A DNA stretch of 64,000 bases from Candidatus Thermofontivivens primus (GTDB lineage: Bacteria; Sysuimicrobiota; Sysuimicrobiia; Sysuimicrobiales; Thermofontiviventaceae), in contig JAVKJW010000004.1 in assembly GCA_031458695.1 (NCBI GenBank), positions 61,283 through 125,282 on the forward strand, given 5' to 3'. A program made the translations under genes and the position numbers. Numbering within the stretch: the stretch's first letter is position 1; every line of letters starts with the position of its first letter. The notes beneath the pieces were generated by a model. That model did no database searches and was not told the origin of the DNA. It was given only the letters and a program-made list of their open reading frames with translations. This document shows positions 15,609-25,079 of the stretch, one piece after another.

Positions 15609-17963
15609 ATGGCTGTGACGCGCGTGTTCGGGGCTAGGATCAAGCGCAGGGAAGACCCCCGTCTCATCACCGGGACGGCAACCTATACCGATGACATCGT
15701 GATCCCTGGGATGTGCTACGCCGTCATCGTCCGCAGCCCTTACGCGCACGCCCGGATCAAACGGATCGACGTGGAACGGGCCCGGAAGCATCCCGGCGTG
15801 GTCGCGGCCTTCACAGGGAAAGATCTAGAGGGGAAGGTCAATCCCATCCCCTGTGCCTGGCTGATCCCCGGGAGCGACCTGAAGACCCCACCCCATCCCG
15901 CGCTGGCTGTAGACCGCGTGCGCTACGTGGGGGAAGGGGTCGCCGTTGTGGTGGCAACCAGCAGGCACGCAGCAGCAGATGCCGCATCCCTCGTAGAAGT
16001 TGAGGTTGAACCCCTGCCAGCAGTGGTCAACCAGGAGAAGGCCATGCAACCAGGGGCGCCGCAGATCCATGACGGTGTCCCCAACAACGTGGCGTTCCAC
16101 TGGAAGGTCTCCAGCGGGGATGTGGGAAGGGCCTTCCAGGAGGCGGATGTGGTCATCAGGCAGCGCATGGTCAACCACCGCCTGATCCCCAACGCCATGG
16201 AGCCACGATCGTGTGTCGCCGCGTACAACCGAGGGTCCGGGGACCTGACCATCTGGATGACCTCCCAGAACCCACACATCCACAGAGTGCTGCTCTCGGG
16301 GATCCTGGGGATCCCGGAGCACCGCCTCCGGATCATTGCCCCCGAGGTCGGCGGGGGATTCGGAAGCAAGATCCCCTGCTACGCCGATGAAGCCGTTGTG
16401 GCGTTCTGTGCCATGCAGACAGGACACCCGGTGAAGTGGGGAGAGGACCGTCGGGAGAATTACCTCGCCACCGCGCACGGCCGCGACCACATCGTCGACC
16501 TCGAAGTTGCCGCAAAAAAGGATGGCACCATCACAGCCATCCGGGGAACCTGCTACGCCAACCTCGGCGCGTACCTCTCTACGGCCGCCCCGGGCGTCCC
16601 CACGATTCTCCACGGGCTGATGATGTGCGGCCCTTACACGATCCCCAACATCGATTACGAAGTGTACGGTATCTTCACCAATACCACTCCCGTGGATGCC
16701 TACCGCGGTGCCGGTCGGCCAGAGGCTACGTACTATGTAGAACGCCTCGTGGATATGGTGGCCCGGAAGCTGAATATGGATCCCGTGGAGGTGCGCAGGA
16801 AGAACTTCATCCCCAAGGACAAGTTCCCCTACACCGTAGCCACGGGGATTACCTATGATAGTGGCGACTATGAGGCCTCCCTGGAGACCTTGCTGCGCAT
16901 TATCGACTACCCCAACTTCCGCAAGGAGCAGGAGAAGGCCTGGAAGGAGGGGAGATATCTAGGGATTGGATTCTCCACCTACGTGGAGATCTGTGGACTG
17001 GGCCCCTCCCAGGTCGCCGGTGCAGTGGGGTTCCAGGGAGCGCTGTGGGAGAGCGCCTTGGTGCGCGTCCATCCTACAGGGAAAGTGACCGTCCTTACAG
17101 GTGCAAGCCCCCACGGTCAGGGAGAGGAGACGACCTTCGCCCAAATTGTCTCTGAGGAGCTCGGGATCCCCATCGAGGACATCGAGGTGCTTCACGGGGA
17201 CACCGAGATGATCCCCATGGGATGGGGGACATATGGCAGCCGCACTACAGCCGTCGGAGGGGCTGCCCTCTTCGTCGCCTGTCGCCGGATCGTGGAAAAG
17301 GGGAAGAAGCTTGCTGCCCACCTCCTGGAGGCCTCTGAGCAGGACATCCTGTTTGAAGGAGGGCGGTTCTTCGTCAAGGGTGCACCCGACCGGGCTAAAA
17401 CCATCCAGGAGGTAGCCCTCCAAGCTTACCTCGCCTGGAACCTGCCAGCAGGATTTGAGCCTGCGCTCGAGGCCACGGCGTTCTACGACCCGCCGAATTT
17501 CACCTATCCCTTTGGGGCGCACGCCTGCATTGTAGAGGTCGACCCGGAGACGGGTACGGTCAAGATCCGACGTTATGTGGCCGTGGATGACTGCGGCCGG
17601 GTGGTCAATCCGCTTATCGTCGATGGACAGGTCCACGGGGGGCTCGCCCAGGGGATCGGACAGGCGCTTTACGAGTACGCCTACTACGACGACTTCGGCC
17701 AGCTCCTCACCGGTTCCATGAGCGACTACGCCGTGCCCAAAGCAAGCCAGCTCCCGCCCTTTGAGACAGCACGCACGGAGACGCCCTCTCCTCATCACCC
17801 ACTGGGCCTCAAGGGGGTCGGGGAGACGGGGACCATTGCATCCACTCCGGCAGTAGCGAACGCAGTGGTGGACGCCTTGCAGCCGCTTGGCATCCACCAC
17901 ATCGATATCCCCTTGACTCCGCCACGGGTGCTGGCAGCGATCCGGCAAGCCCAAGGGAGGTGA
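15609..17963 (+). CDS. coxL: Form II CoxL-like molybdopterin large subunit (aldehyde oxidoreductase-like)
   Basis: Active-site loop AYRGAGR (form II, not the AYRCSFR of form I); GGGFGSK, GTYGSR and KGVGE. Confidence 0.92.
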   Translation: MAVTRVFGARIKRREDPRLITGTATYTDDIVIPGMCYAVIVRSPYAHARIKRIDVERARKHPGVVAAFTGKDLEGKVNPIPCAWLIPGSDLKTPPHPALAVDRVRYVGEGVAVVVATSRHAAADAASLVEVEVEPLPAVVNQEKAMQPGAPQIHDGVPNNVAFHWKVSSGDVGRAFQEADVVIRQRMVNHRLIPNAMEPRSCVAAYNRGSGDLTIWMTSQNPHIHRVLLSGILGIPEHRLRIIAPEVGGGFGSKIPCYADEAVVAFCAMQTGHPVKWGEDRRENYLATAHGRDHIVDLEVAAKKDGTITAIRGTCYANLGAYLSTAAPGVPTILHGLMMCGPYTIPNIDYEVYGIFTNTTPVDAYRGAGRPEATYYVERLVDMVARKLNMDPVEVRRKNFIPKDKFPYTVATGITYDSGDYEASLETLLRIIDYPNFRKEQEKAWKEGRYLGIGFSTYVEICGLGPSQVAGAVGFQGALWESALVRVHPTGKVTVLTGASPHGQGEETTFAQIVSEELGIPIEDIEVLHGDTEMIPMGWGTYGSRTTAVGGAALFVACRRIVEKGKKLAAHLLEASEQDILFEGGRFFVKGAPDRAKTIQEVALQAYLAWNLPAGFEPALEATAFYDPPNFTYPFGAHACIVEVDPETGTVKIRRYVAVDDCGRVVNPLIVDGQVHGGLAQGIGQALYEYAYYDDFGQLLTGSMSDYAVPKASQLPPFETARTETPSPHHPLGLKGVGETGTIASTPAVANAVVDALQPLGIHHIDIPLTPPRVLAAIRQAQGR

Positions 17964-17968
17964 ACAGA

Positions 17969-18832
17969 ATGATCCCGGCTGCGTTCGAGTACTACGCCCC
18001 GGCCACGGTTGAGGAGGCTCTCCAGCTCCTCCGAGAGCTTGGCCCTGAGGCCAAGCTCCTCGCCGGAGGACACAGCCTCCTGCCCATGATGAAGCTCCGC
18101 CTGTCCACACCGAAGGCTCTCGTCGACATCGGGCGCATCCCTGACCTCCGTTACATCCGGGAGGAAGGAAACACTCTGGCCATTGGGGCCACCACCACAC
18201 ACTGGATGATCGAGTCCTCCGAGGTCGTCCGCAACAGGGTCCCCCTCCTCGCTGAAGCGGCAGGGAGGATTGGGGATGTCCAGGTACGCAACATGGGCAC
18301 CATTGGGGGAAGCCTGGCCCACGCCGACCCTGCCGCGGACTACCCTGCGGCGATCCTGGCCCTGGAAGCAGAGATTGTCGCCCAAGGTCCCCGGGGGAAG
18401 CGTTCGATTCCCGCTGCCGAGTTCTTCAAGGGGCTGTTCACTACAGCCCTAGAGCCTGACGAGCTCCTTGTAGAGGTCCGCATCCCTGTCCCGGTGGAGA
18501 AGTCCGGGGCGGCCTACCTGAAGTTCCCCCACCCTGCCTCGGGCTTTGCAGTGGTGGGGTGCGCCGCTCTGCTTACGCTGGACGGGGGGAGATGCCAGAA
18601 AGCCCGGGTGGCGTTCACAGGGGTAACCGAGAAAGCCTTCCGCGACCGGGCTGTGGAGGATGCTTTGACTGGAAAAGCACCAGACGAGAAGACCATTGCC
18701 AGCGCCTCCCAGAAGGCAGCAGAGGGTGTCGAGCCTTTGAGCGACATCTTCGCCTCGGCGGAGTACCGGAAGCACCTCGCCAAGGTGTTCGCCAGGCGGG
18801 CCCTGATGGCAGCGGCATCGCGGGCACATTAA
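17969..18832 (+). CDS. coxM: CoxM-type FAD-binding medium subunit
   Basis: LAGGHSLLPMMKLRL and QVRNMGTIGGSLAHADPAAD. Confidence 0.94.
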   Translation: MIPAAFEYYAPATVEEALQLLRELGPEAKLLAGGHSLLPMMKLRLSTPKALVDIGRIPDLRYIREEGNTLAIGATTTHWMIESSEVVRNRVPLLAEAAGRIGDVQVRNMGTIGGSLAHADPAADYPAAILALEAEIVAQGPRGKRSIPAAEFFKGLFTTALEPDELLVEVRIPVPVEKSGAAYLKFPHPASGFAVVGCAALLTLDGGRCQKARVAFTGVTEKAFRDRAVEDALTGKAPDEKTIASASQKAAEGVEPLSDIFASAEYRKHLAKVFARRALMAAASRAH

Positions 18833-18833
18833 G

Positions 18834-18894
18834 AAGTACCCCGGCAAAAATCTTTGACTTTTGCCGGGGGCCCCTCTTGAAATAACAGGGCCCC
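18834..18894 (+). repeat. Dispersed palindromic element, copy B
   Basis: aagtaccccggcaaaaatctttgacttttgccgggggcccctcttgaaataacagggcccc, nearly identical to 2911-2971. Confidence 0.85.
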
Positions 18895-18960
18895 AGCAAT
18901 CTCGACAAGGGATTTTGCTGGGGTTACTCGATCTATCGGGTCGTTGGACCGAGCAAGTGG

Positions 18961-18987
18961 AGGGGCAGGTATGGGGCCTGCCCCTAC
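18961..18987 (-). repeat. GTAG-type REP element
   Basis: Minus strand GTAGGGGCAGG-ccccata-CCTGCCCCT. Confidence 0.65.
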
Positions 18988-19091
18988 TGACAAGCTTTCC
19001 TGTGCATAGTAGAATGATCCTGGGTGTGCGGAGGGATGACGCTTGAGGATTCCTCCGCTTGTATTGATTTCTAGAAAAAATGGAGGCAGCG

Positions 19092-20063
19092 ATGGCCAAC
19101 CCAGAGGTTCAACGGATCCAACAGATGCTCGAAGAGCAGGGCTATATCACCGACAGATCCATCGCCACTTCCATCTACCTGGCGATGCGCCTGGGCAAAC
19201 CGCTCCTGGTCGAGGGACCTGCAGGAGTAGGCAAGACCGAGATCGCCAAGGTGATGGCCTCTGCTCTCAAGACCGATCTGATCCGCCTCCAGTGCTACGA
19301 GGGGCTCGACGCCACCACGGCGCTCTACGAGTGGAACTACCAGCGACAGCTCCTCTACCTGAAGATGGAGGAGCACTCAGATCGTTCCGTAGAGGAGAAA
19401 GAAGCCACGATCTTCAGCGAGCCCTTCCTCCTCAAGCGACCTCTCCTTCAGGCCATCACCCACCACCGCGCTCCCGTCCTTCTCATCGACGAGCTGGACC
19501 GTGCCGACCAAGAGTTCGAGAGCTTCCTCCTCGAGGTGCTCTCAGACTGGCAGATCACCATCCCGGAGATCGGGACGATCAAAGCCACCCATATCCCCTA
19601 CGTGGTGATCACGAGCAACCGGACCCGGGAGCTTTCTGACGCCTTGCGCAGGCGTTGCCTCTACCTTTGGATCGATTACCCTTCCTTCGAGAAGGAGCTG
19701 GCGATCGTGCACACAAAGGTGCCTGGCCTAGAGGAACGGCTTGCCAGGCAGATCTGCGGGTTCATGCAGATTGTCCGCCGATTGCATCTCGAGAAGGTTC
19801 CAGGGATCGCCGAGACGCTGGATTGGGCAGCCGCCCTTCTTGCGCTCCACCGCGACCACCTGGATCAGGCCACCATCGAGGAAACCCTGGGTGTGATTTT
19901 TAAGCACCAAGAGGACGCCCAGCAGATGAAGAGCAAGTGGCTGGGCCCGGTCCTTCAGGAGCTACGCGCACTGGAGGAAGGAGGCGGGGAATGGAACCAG
20001 TCCGCCCTGGTAGAAATTGGACAGAGACTTGGAGCCAGGCGCTCCTCCACCACGGGGATCTGA
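19092..20063 (+). CDS. coxD: MoxR-family AAA+ ATPase (CoxD-like)
   Basis: GPAGVGKT, RLQCYEGLD, YEWNY, LLIDE and DALRRRC. Confidence 0.92.
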   Translation: MANPEVQRIQQMLEEQGYITDRSIATSIYLAMRLGKPLLVEGPAGVGKTEIAKVMASALKTDLIRLQCYEGLDATTALYEWNYQRQLLYLKMEEHSDRSVEEKEATIFSEPFLLKRPLLQAITHHRAPVLLIDELDRADQEFESFLLEVLSDWQITIPEIGTIKATHIPYVVITSNRTRELSDALRRRCLYLWIDYPSFEKELAIVHTKVPGLEERLARQICGFMQIVRRLHLEKVPGIAETLDWAAALLALHRDHLDQATIEETLGVIFKHQEDAQQMKSKWLGPVLQELRALEEGGGEWNQSALVEIGQRLGARRSSTTGI

Positions 20064-21190
20064 TCTCCAACGTCGTCTCCTTCTGCAGGCTCCTTCGGAG
20101 CCACGGCCTCTCGATCGGGCCCAGGGAGGAAGTGGATGCCTTGCGGGCGCTGGAGCTCATCGATGTGGGGGATCGCGAGGAGTTCCGCCTGGCCCTCCGC
20201 ACGGTGCTCGCCATGAGCCCTGAGGCGCAACGGGTATTCGACGAGATCTTTGAGAGGTTTTGGGGGCGCCGCTTCGAGGAGGAAGAGAAGACCGAGCATG
20301 CGGAAAAAGAACCACAGGAGGAGCGCGAGGAGCCCGTCGACCTTGACGGGCAGGGGGAGCTCGACCGTATGCTCCTGGACTGGCTCGAGACCGGGGAGGA
20401 GACCGAGGGGAAGGAAGCTATGTACTCCTACAGCCCCCTCGAGGTCCTCTCCCGGAAAGACTTCAGCTCCTTCACTCCCGATGAAGTTGAGGAGATCACC
20501 AAGCTCATCCTCCTCCTCGCCCGCCAGCTGGCCACGCGTATGAGCAGGAGGATGCAGAGGGCCCACCGTAGCCACCTCATGGACCTGCGCAGGACGATGC
20601 GCCTGAGCCTGCGCCGCGGAGGGGAGATCCTGGACCTGAGCTTCAAGCGCCGACGCATCCGCAAGACGAGCATCGTGCTCCTCTGCGACGTGAGCGGCTC
20701 CATGGATCTATATAGCCGGTTCCTGATCCAGTTCGTCTATGCCCTCCAGAACGCGTTAGGGAAGGTGGAGACTTTTGTCTTCAGCACCTCCCTCCACAGG
20801 GTGACCGAAGCCCTCAAGGGGAGGGACTTGCAGGAGGCGCTGGCAGAGGTCTCGCTGCTGGTGCCGGACTGGTCAGGGGGGACAAGGATCGGAGCGTGCT
20901 TACAGGCATTCCTGGAGGAGTACGGCGATCGCCTCCTCAACCGCCACACGGTGGTGGTCATCGCCTCTGACGGCTGGGACACCGGGGATCCGGACCTGCT
21001 CCAGGAGGCGATGGCAGCGTTGAAGCGCCGAGCCGGAAAGATCATCTGGCTCAACCCGCTTCTCGGAAGCCCAGGATACGAACCTATCTGTCTGGGGATG
21101 AGCGTTGCCTTACCCTACGTGGACATCTTTGCCCCTGCCCACAATCTGGAGAGCCTGAAACAGCTGGCCCGCCACCTGGGAGTGAGTTAG
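19991..21190 (+). CDS. coxE: VWA domain protein (CoxE-like)
   Basis: DVSGSM MIDAS motif, WSGGTRIG, SDGWDTG and IWLNPL; start approximate. Confidence 0.9.
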   Translation: MEPVRPGRNWTETWSQALLHHGDLISNVVSFCRLLRSHGLSIGPREEVDALRALELIDVGDREEFRLALRTVLAMSPEAQRVFDEIFERFWGRRFEEEEKTEHAEKEPQEEREEPVDLDGQGELDRMLLDWLETGEETEGKEAMYSYSPLEVLSRKDFSSFTPDEVEEITKLILLLARQLATRMSRRMQRAHRSHLMDLRRTMRLSLRRGGEILDLSFKRRRIRKTSIVLLCDVSGSMDLYSRFLIQFVYALQNALGKVETFVFSTSLHRVTEALKGRDLQEALAEVSLLVPDWSGGTRIGACLQAFLEEYGDRLLNRHTVVVIASDGWDTGDPDLLQEAMAALKRRAGKIIWLNPLLGSPGYEPICLGMSVALPYVDIFAPAHNLESLKQLARHLGVS

Positions 21191-21231
21191 GGGAAAGTGA
21201 AGTCTCGAATCATAAGGGGAGTGAAGGGCGG

Positions 21232-22371
21232 ATGAAGGAGTTGCAGGAGATCCTCTCTGCCTGGAGGGATCACCAGGAGGGAGGCGAGGAGACTGCACTG
21301 GCCACGATCGTGAAGGTCTCCGGGTCCACCTACAGGCGCCCCGGGGCCAGGATGCTCCTCACCCGGAGTGGCCGGATGGTGGGATCCATCAGCGGGGGCT
21401 GTCTTGAAGGGGACGTCCTGGAGAAGGCTCGGGAGGTGATGGACTCTGGCCAACCACGCCTCCTGGAGTACGATATGACCGCAGACGATGACCTCGTATG
21501 GGGGCTCGGCCTCGGGTGTAACGGCACGGTCTATGTTTTCCTGGAGCGCGTCCCCACGGGACGCCCCGTTGAGCCCATGGACGCGCTCGCGGAGTGTGTC
21601 CACAAGAACAATACGCTTGTGCTCGCCACGATCTTTAAGGTAGAAGGAACGGAGCGCGCCCGCCCCGGGGAGCGCTTCCTCCTGCGCCACGACGGCTCGT
21701 CTATCAGGGATATTGAGGATGCGGAGCTGGCGGACTACGTCCTGCGGGATGCCCGCGATGCCCTTGCGAAGGGTCTCTCTCGGGGAGCCACCTATACCTT
21801 GGGTTCCGGCACAGTCGAGGCCTTCATCGAAGTGGTGCAGCCTCCCCTTCCCCTTGTGGTCTGCGGTGCCGGACACGACGCCATCCCCGTGGTTCGCCTG
21901 GCCCATGCCTTGGGGTGGAGAGTGACCGTTGCGGACAGCCGGCCGGCCTATGCCACAAAGGAACGGTTCCCCGAGGCGGAGGAAGTCATCCTCACCCCTC
22001 CCGAGGAGGTGGCGCAGCGGGTCCCCCTCGACCACAGGACCTTCGTGGTGATCATGACCCATAACTACAACCACGACCTCAAGCTCCTACGGGCAATCCT
22101 CCCTACGCCCGTGCGCTACATTGGGGTCCTCGGCCCAAGGGTACGGACCGAGCGCCTTCTCCGGGAACTCCGGGAGAAAGGCATGGAGATCCCTGAGGAC
22201 CGCTATGAGAAGATCTATAGCCCCGTGGGCCTGAACATTGGCGCCGAAACTCCTGAGGAAATCGCCCTGGCCATCTTGGCGGAGATCCAGGCTGTACGCA
22301 CAGGCAGGAACGCTGGCTTCTTAAGGGATCGCACGGGCCGCATCCACGATGAGGTCATCGTCGGATCTTAG
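21232..22371 (+). CDS. XdhC/CoxF/CoxI Moco insertion chaperone
   Basis: GSTYRRPGARM, GSISGGCLE, GLGCNG and PVGLNIGAETPEEIA. Confidence 0.92.
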   Translation: MKELQEILSAWRDHQEGGEETALATIVKVSGSTYRRPGARMLLTRSGRMVGSISGGCLEGDVLEKAREVMDSGQPRLLEYDMTADDDLVWGLGLGCNGTVYVFLERVPTGRPVEPMDALAECVHKNNTLVLATIFKVEGTERARPGERFLLRHDGSSIRDIEDAELADYVLRDARDALAKGLSRGATYTLGSGTVEAFIEVVQPPLPLVVCGAGHDAIPVVRLAHALGWRVTVADSRPAYATKERFPEAEEVILTPPEEVAQRVPLDHRTFVVIMTHNYNHDLKLLRAILPTPVRYIGVLGPRVRTERLLRELREKGMEIPEDRYEKIYSPVGLNIGAETPEEIALAILAEIQAVRTGRNAGFLRDRTGRIHDEVIVGS

Positions 22372-22447
22372 GACCATCGAGCCCTCGCGTCGTCACGTCC
22401 GCTGAAGGAGCGCAGTGAGGCAAAGCGCAGGGAAGTGCCGTCCATCG

Positions 22448-23044
22448 ATGATCACCGCGATTGTCCTGGCCGCAGGGGCTTCCACCCGCATGGGAGTTCC
22501 GAAGCTCCTTCTCCCCTTGAAGGGGAAGAGCATCCTCCGGCACGTCACAGAAACAGCGCTCACCTCCACCTGCGACGCCGTTGTGGTCGTCCTAGGAGCT
22601 CATGCAGAACAGCTTCGGGGGGAGGTGGAAGGAACAGGGGCTTCCATCGTGATCAACCCAGACTGGCAAGAGGGGTTAAGCACCTCGATCCGCGCTGGGG
22701 TGGAGGCTGCGTCTTCTCTCTCGGAGGATCTGGAGGCGGTTCTCCTCCTTCTGGCCGATCAGCCGCTAGTGACCGTTGAGACTATCGACAGGTTAATCCA
22801 GACCTTCCGGGCAACCGGAAAGGCGATGATTGCCTCCGCGTATAGCGGGACGATGGGCCCGCCGATCCTGTTCGCGCGACCCCTCTTCATTGAGCTCCTG
22901 ACCCTTGAGGGGGACAAGGGTGCAAAAGACGTCCTTGCGCGGTATCCAGAGCAGGTAGTCACCGTCCCCGCCCCTGAGGCAGCAGTGGATATCGACACCA
23001 TAGAGGATTACCGGAGGGTCATCGACTCCGGGGAGATCCGATGA
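22448..23044 (+). CDS. mocA: Molybdenum cofactor cytidylyltransferase (MocA-like)
   Basis: LAAGASTRMG.PK, NPDWQEGLSTS, LADQP, GDKGA and DIDT. Confidence 0.88.
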   Translation: MITAIVLAAGASTRMGVPKLLLPLKGKSILRHVTETALTSTCDAVVVVLGAHAEQLRGEVEGTGASIVINPDWQEGLSTSIRAGVEAASSLSEDLEAVLLLLADQPLVTVETIDRLIQTFRATGKAMIASAYSGTMGPPILFARPLFIELLTLEGDKGAKDVLARYPEQVVTVPAPEAAVDIDTIEDYRRVIDSGEIR

Positions 23045-23586
23045 ATTCCTGACAGAGCGCGAGAACAAGCCTCGCATCTCTGAGCGCTTCATCCGAGTCC
23101 TGCTGGGTATAGAGCTCTTCGGCGGGAGCCCCGTCTCCTCATCGCCGCAGAAGCTGACTTCCCGTTCCTCCCGCAGCCGCCTGGAGATGGAAGCCACATG
23201 GTCAATCTCCTCGGCCAGCCTCCCGCAAAACCTGTCCCTGTACTGCTTCAAGAATATCCCGATATCACGGATGCGGGGAACCTCAAGGCCAGCAAAACGT
23301 AAAGCCCCCTTAAGCGCCAGCTCCACAGCCTCTTGGCTCACAACCTGGTCCGCACCCTCCACAACCTTCCTCCGGGCAAACCTTCCCCTGGGCAGCCCCT
23401 CAAGGATCACCAGGAGGTTATGTCGGAGCACGAAGTGGCCTCCTCCCTGACAACGGAGCCGAAGAGCATAACCGAGACGAGGCGATCGGCGAACTTCTCT
23501 TTGAGCGCCTCGGGATACGCAACGGCGATGACTTTGAGCCTCTCGCTGAGGTTCCTCGATGGATGCCCTCTCTTCACAGCTCCCAA
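23019..23586 (-). pseudogene. Decayed nucleotidyltransferase (MNT)-HEPN toxin-antitoxin pair
   Basis: Fragments in different frames: MNT-like KFADRLVSVMLFGSVVRG..SDI..LLVILEGLPRGR joined to HEPN-like SQEAVELALKGALR..ISRRLREEREVSFCGDEE..EELYTQQD; multiple frameshifts. Confidence 0.7.
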
Positions 23587-23744
23587 CGGGATTTCCTCCT
23601 TGCTTTTACGCCATTCTGCCTCCCAACCACCGATTCTTTTTTAGTTCTTGGCTATGCCAAAACTTCTGCATAAGATGAAGCTAGGAGGGACTCATCCTGA
23701 AGGCCGAACCAGGCTGAAAATTCCGCGGACTGAGGGGACGGCGT

Positions 23745-24740
23745 ATGAAGTCCATGATCCTTCAGGCACCGAAGCCAGCAGAGGAGTCGCCCCTTTCCCT
23801 CCTGGATCTCCCTGTACCCCGTCCTGGGCCTGGGGAACTTCTTCTCCACGTCAGCGCCTGTGGCGTTTGTCACACCGACCTCCACACCGTGGAAGGGGAA
23901 CTTACCCTTCCTAAGCTTCCTGTAGTTCCCGGCCATCAGGTAGTAGGGAGAGTGGAGGAGGTGGGGAAAGGTGTGCAGACGTTCCGACCTGGTGATCGTG
24001 TGGGAGTCCCGTGGCTGTATTCCTCCTGTGGCCAGTGTGCGTTCTGCCGCCGGGGAGAGGAGAACCTGTGCGAAAACGCCCAGTTCACCGGGCTCCATGT
24101 GAACGGCGGGTATGCAGAGTATATGATCGCACGCGCCGACTTCGCCTATCATATCCCGGAGCGCTTCTCGGACATTGAGGCAGCCCCCCTCCTATGCGCA
24201 GGGATCATCGGCTACCGGTCCCTGCGCCTCTCTGAGGTGAAGCCAGGCGAACGCCTGGGATTGTTTGGGTTCGGTGCCTCCGCCCACCTTGCGATCCAAG
24301 TCGCCAGACACTGGGGATGCGAGGTCTTTGTATTCACCCGCAGCGAGGAACACCGGCGTCTGGCGCAAGAGCTCGGGGCAGTATGGGTCGGCGGACCCGA
24401 TCAGGAACCCCCTGCATCTTTGGACAGGGCCATCTTGTTTGCTCCTGTCGGGAGCCTCGTCCCTCAGATCCTGCGGGTCCTGCGACGGGGAGGAACTCTC
24501 GCCATCAACGCCATCCACATGAGCCCGATCCCTGAACTCCCCTACTCCCTGCTGTATTGGGAGAGAACGATCCGCAGCGTGGCCAACAGCACGCGCCGCG
24601 ACGCACAGGAGTTCCTCCAGGTGGCCAGCGAGATCCCGGTGCGGACCACCGTTGAAGAATACTCCCTTGAAGAGGCAAATCGGGTCTTGATGCTTCTCAA
24701 GCGTGGCCAGATCCGCGGTGCCGCCGTTCTCAAAATCTAA
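23745..24740 (+). CDS. Zinc-dependent alcohol dehydrogenase family protein
   Basis: CGVCHTD, PGHQVVG, structural Zn site CGQCAFC..NLC, APLLCAG and GFGASA. Confidence 0.93.
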   Translation: MKSMILQAPKPAEESPLSLLDLPVPRPGPGELLLHVSACGVCHTDLHTVEGELTLPKLPVVPGHQVVGRVEEVGKGVQTFRPGDRVGVPWLYSSCGQCAFCRRGEENLCENAQFTGLHVNGGYAEYMIARADFAYHIPERFSDIEAAPLLCAGIIGYRSLRLSEVKPGERLGLFGFGASAHLAIQVARHWGCEVFVFTRSEEHRRLAQELGAVWVGGPDQEPPASLDRAILFAPVGSLVPQILRVLRRGGTLAINAIHMSPIPELPYSLLYWERTIRSVANSTRRDAQEFLQVASEIPVRTTVEEYSLEEANRVLMLLKRGQIRGAAVLKI

Positions 24741-24765
24741 GTCACCTTTTCACTGGTCACTGTTT

Positions 24766-25041
24766 TTACCCTCCCGCCATAGCCGGGATAATGGAAATCT
24801 CCGCAACCTCTGGAAGGACGGTTTCCAGTTCACTAAGGAGGCGGGCGTCCTGCTCGTTGATGAAGATGTTGACGAAGCGGTGGAGCTTTCCCTCCCCATC
24901 GACGAGGCGCTCCCGGATCCCTGGAAACCGTTTGTCGAGTGCGTCGATCACCTCAGCGAGGGTTCTTCCCTCTACCTCCACAGTTTTCTCGCCCCCAGTC
25001 AACTGCCGGAGGGGAGTAGGGATGCGTACCTTGACCGCCAT
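24766..25041 (-). CDS. MoaD/ThiS/CysO-family sulfur carrier protein
   Basis: VRIPTPLR, FVNIFIN and C-terminal PAMAGG. Confidence 0.92.
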   Translation of the reverse strand: MAVKVRIPTPLRQLTGGEKTVEVEGRTLAEVIDALDKRFPGIRERLVDGEGKLHRFVNIFINEQDARLLSELETVLPEVAEISIIPAMAGG

Positions 25042-25079
25042 TACCCAACTCCTCCTTTCTTGAAAAAAGGCTTACCGGT

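Noticed and set aside
15609..17963. Bona fide aerobic CO dehydrogenase (form I)
   Set aside because: The active-site loop is AYRGAGR, lacking the Cu-binding Cys, and the gene order is S-L-M.
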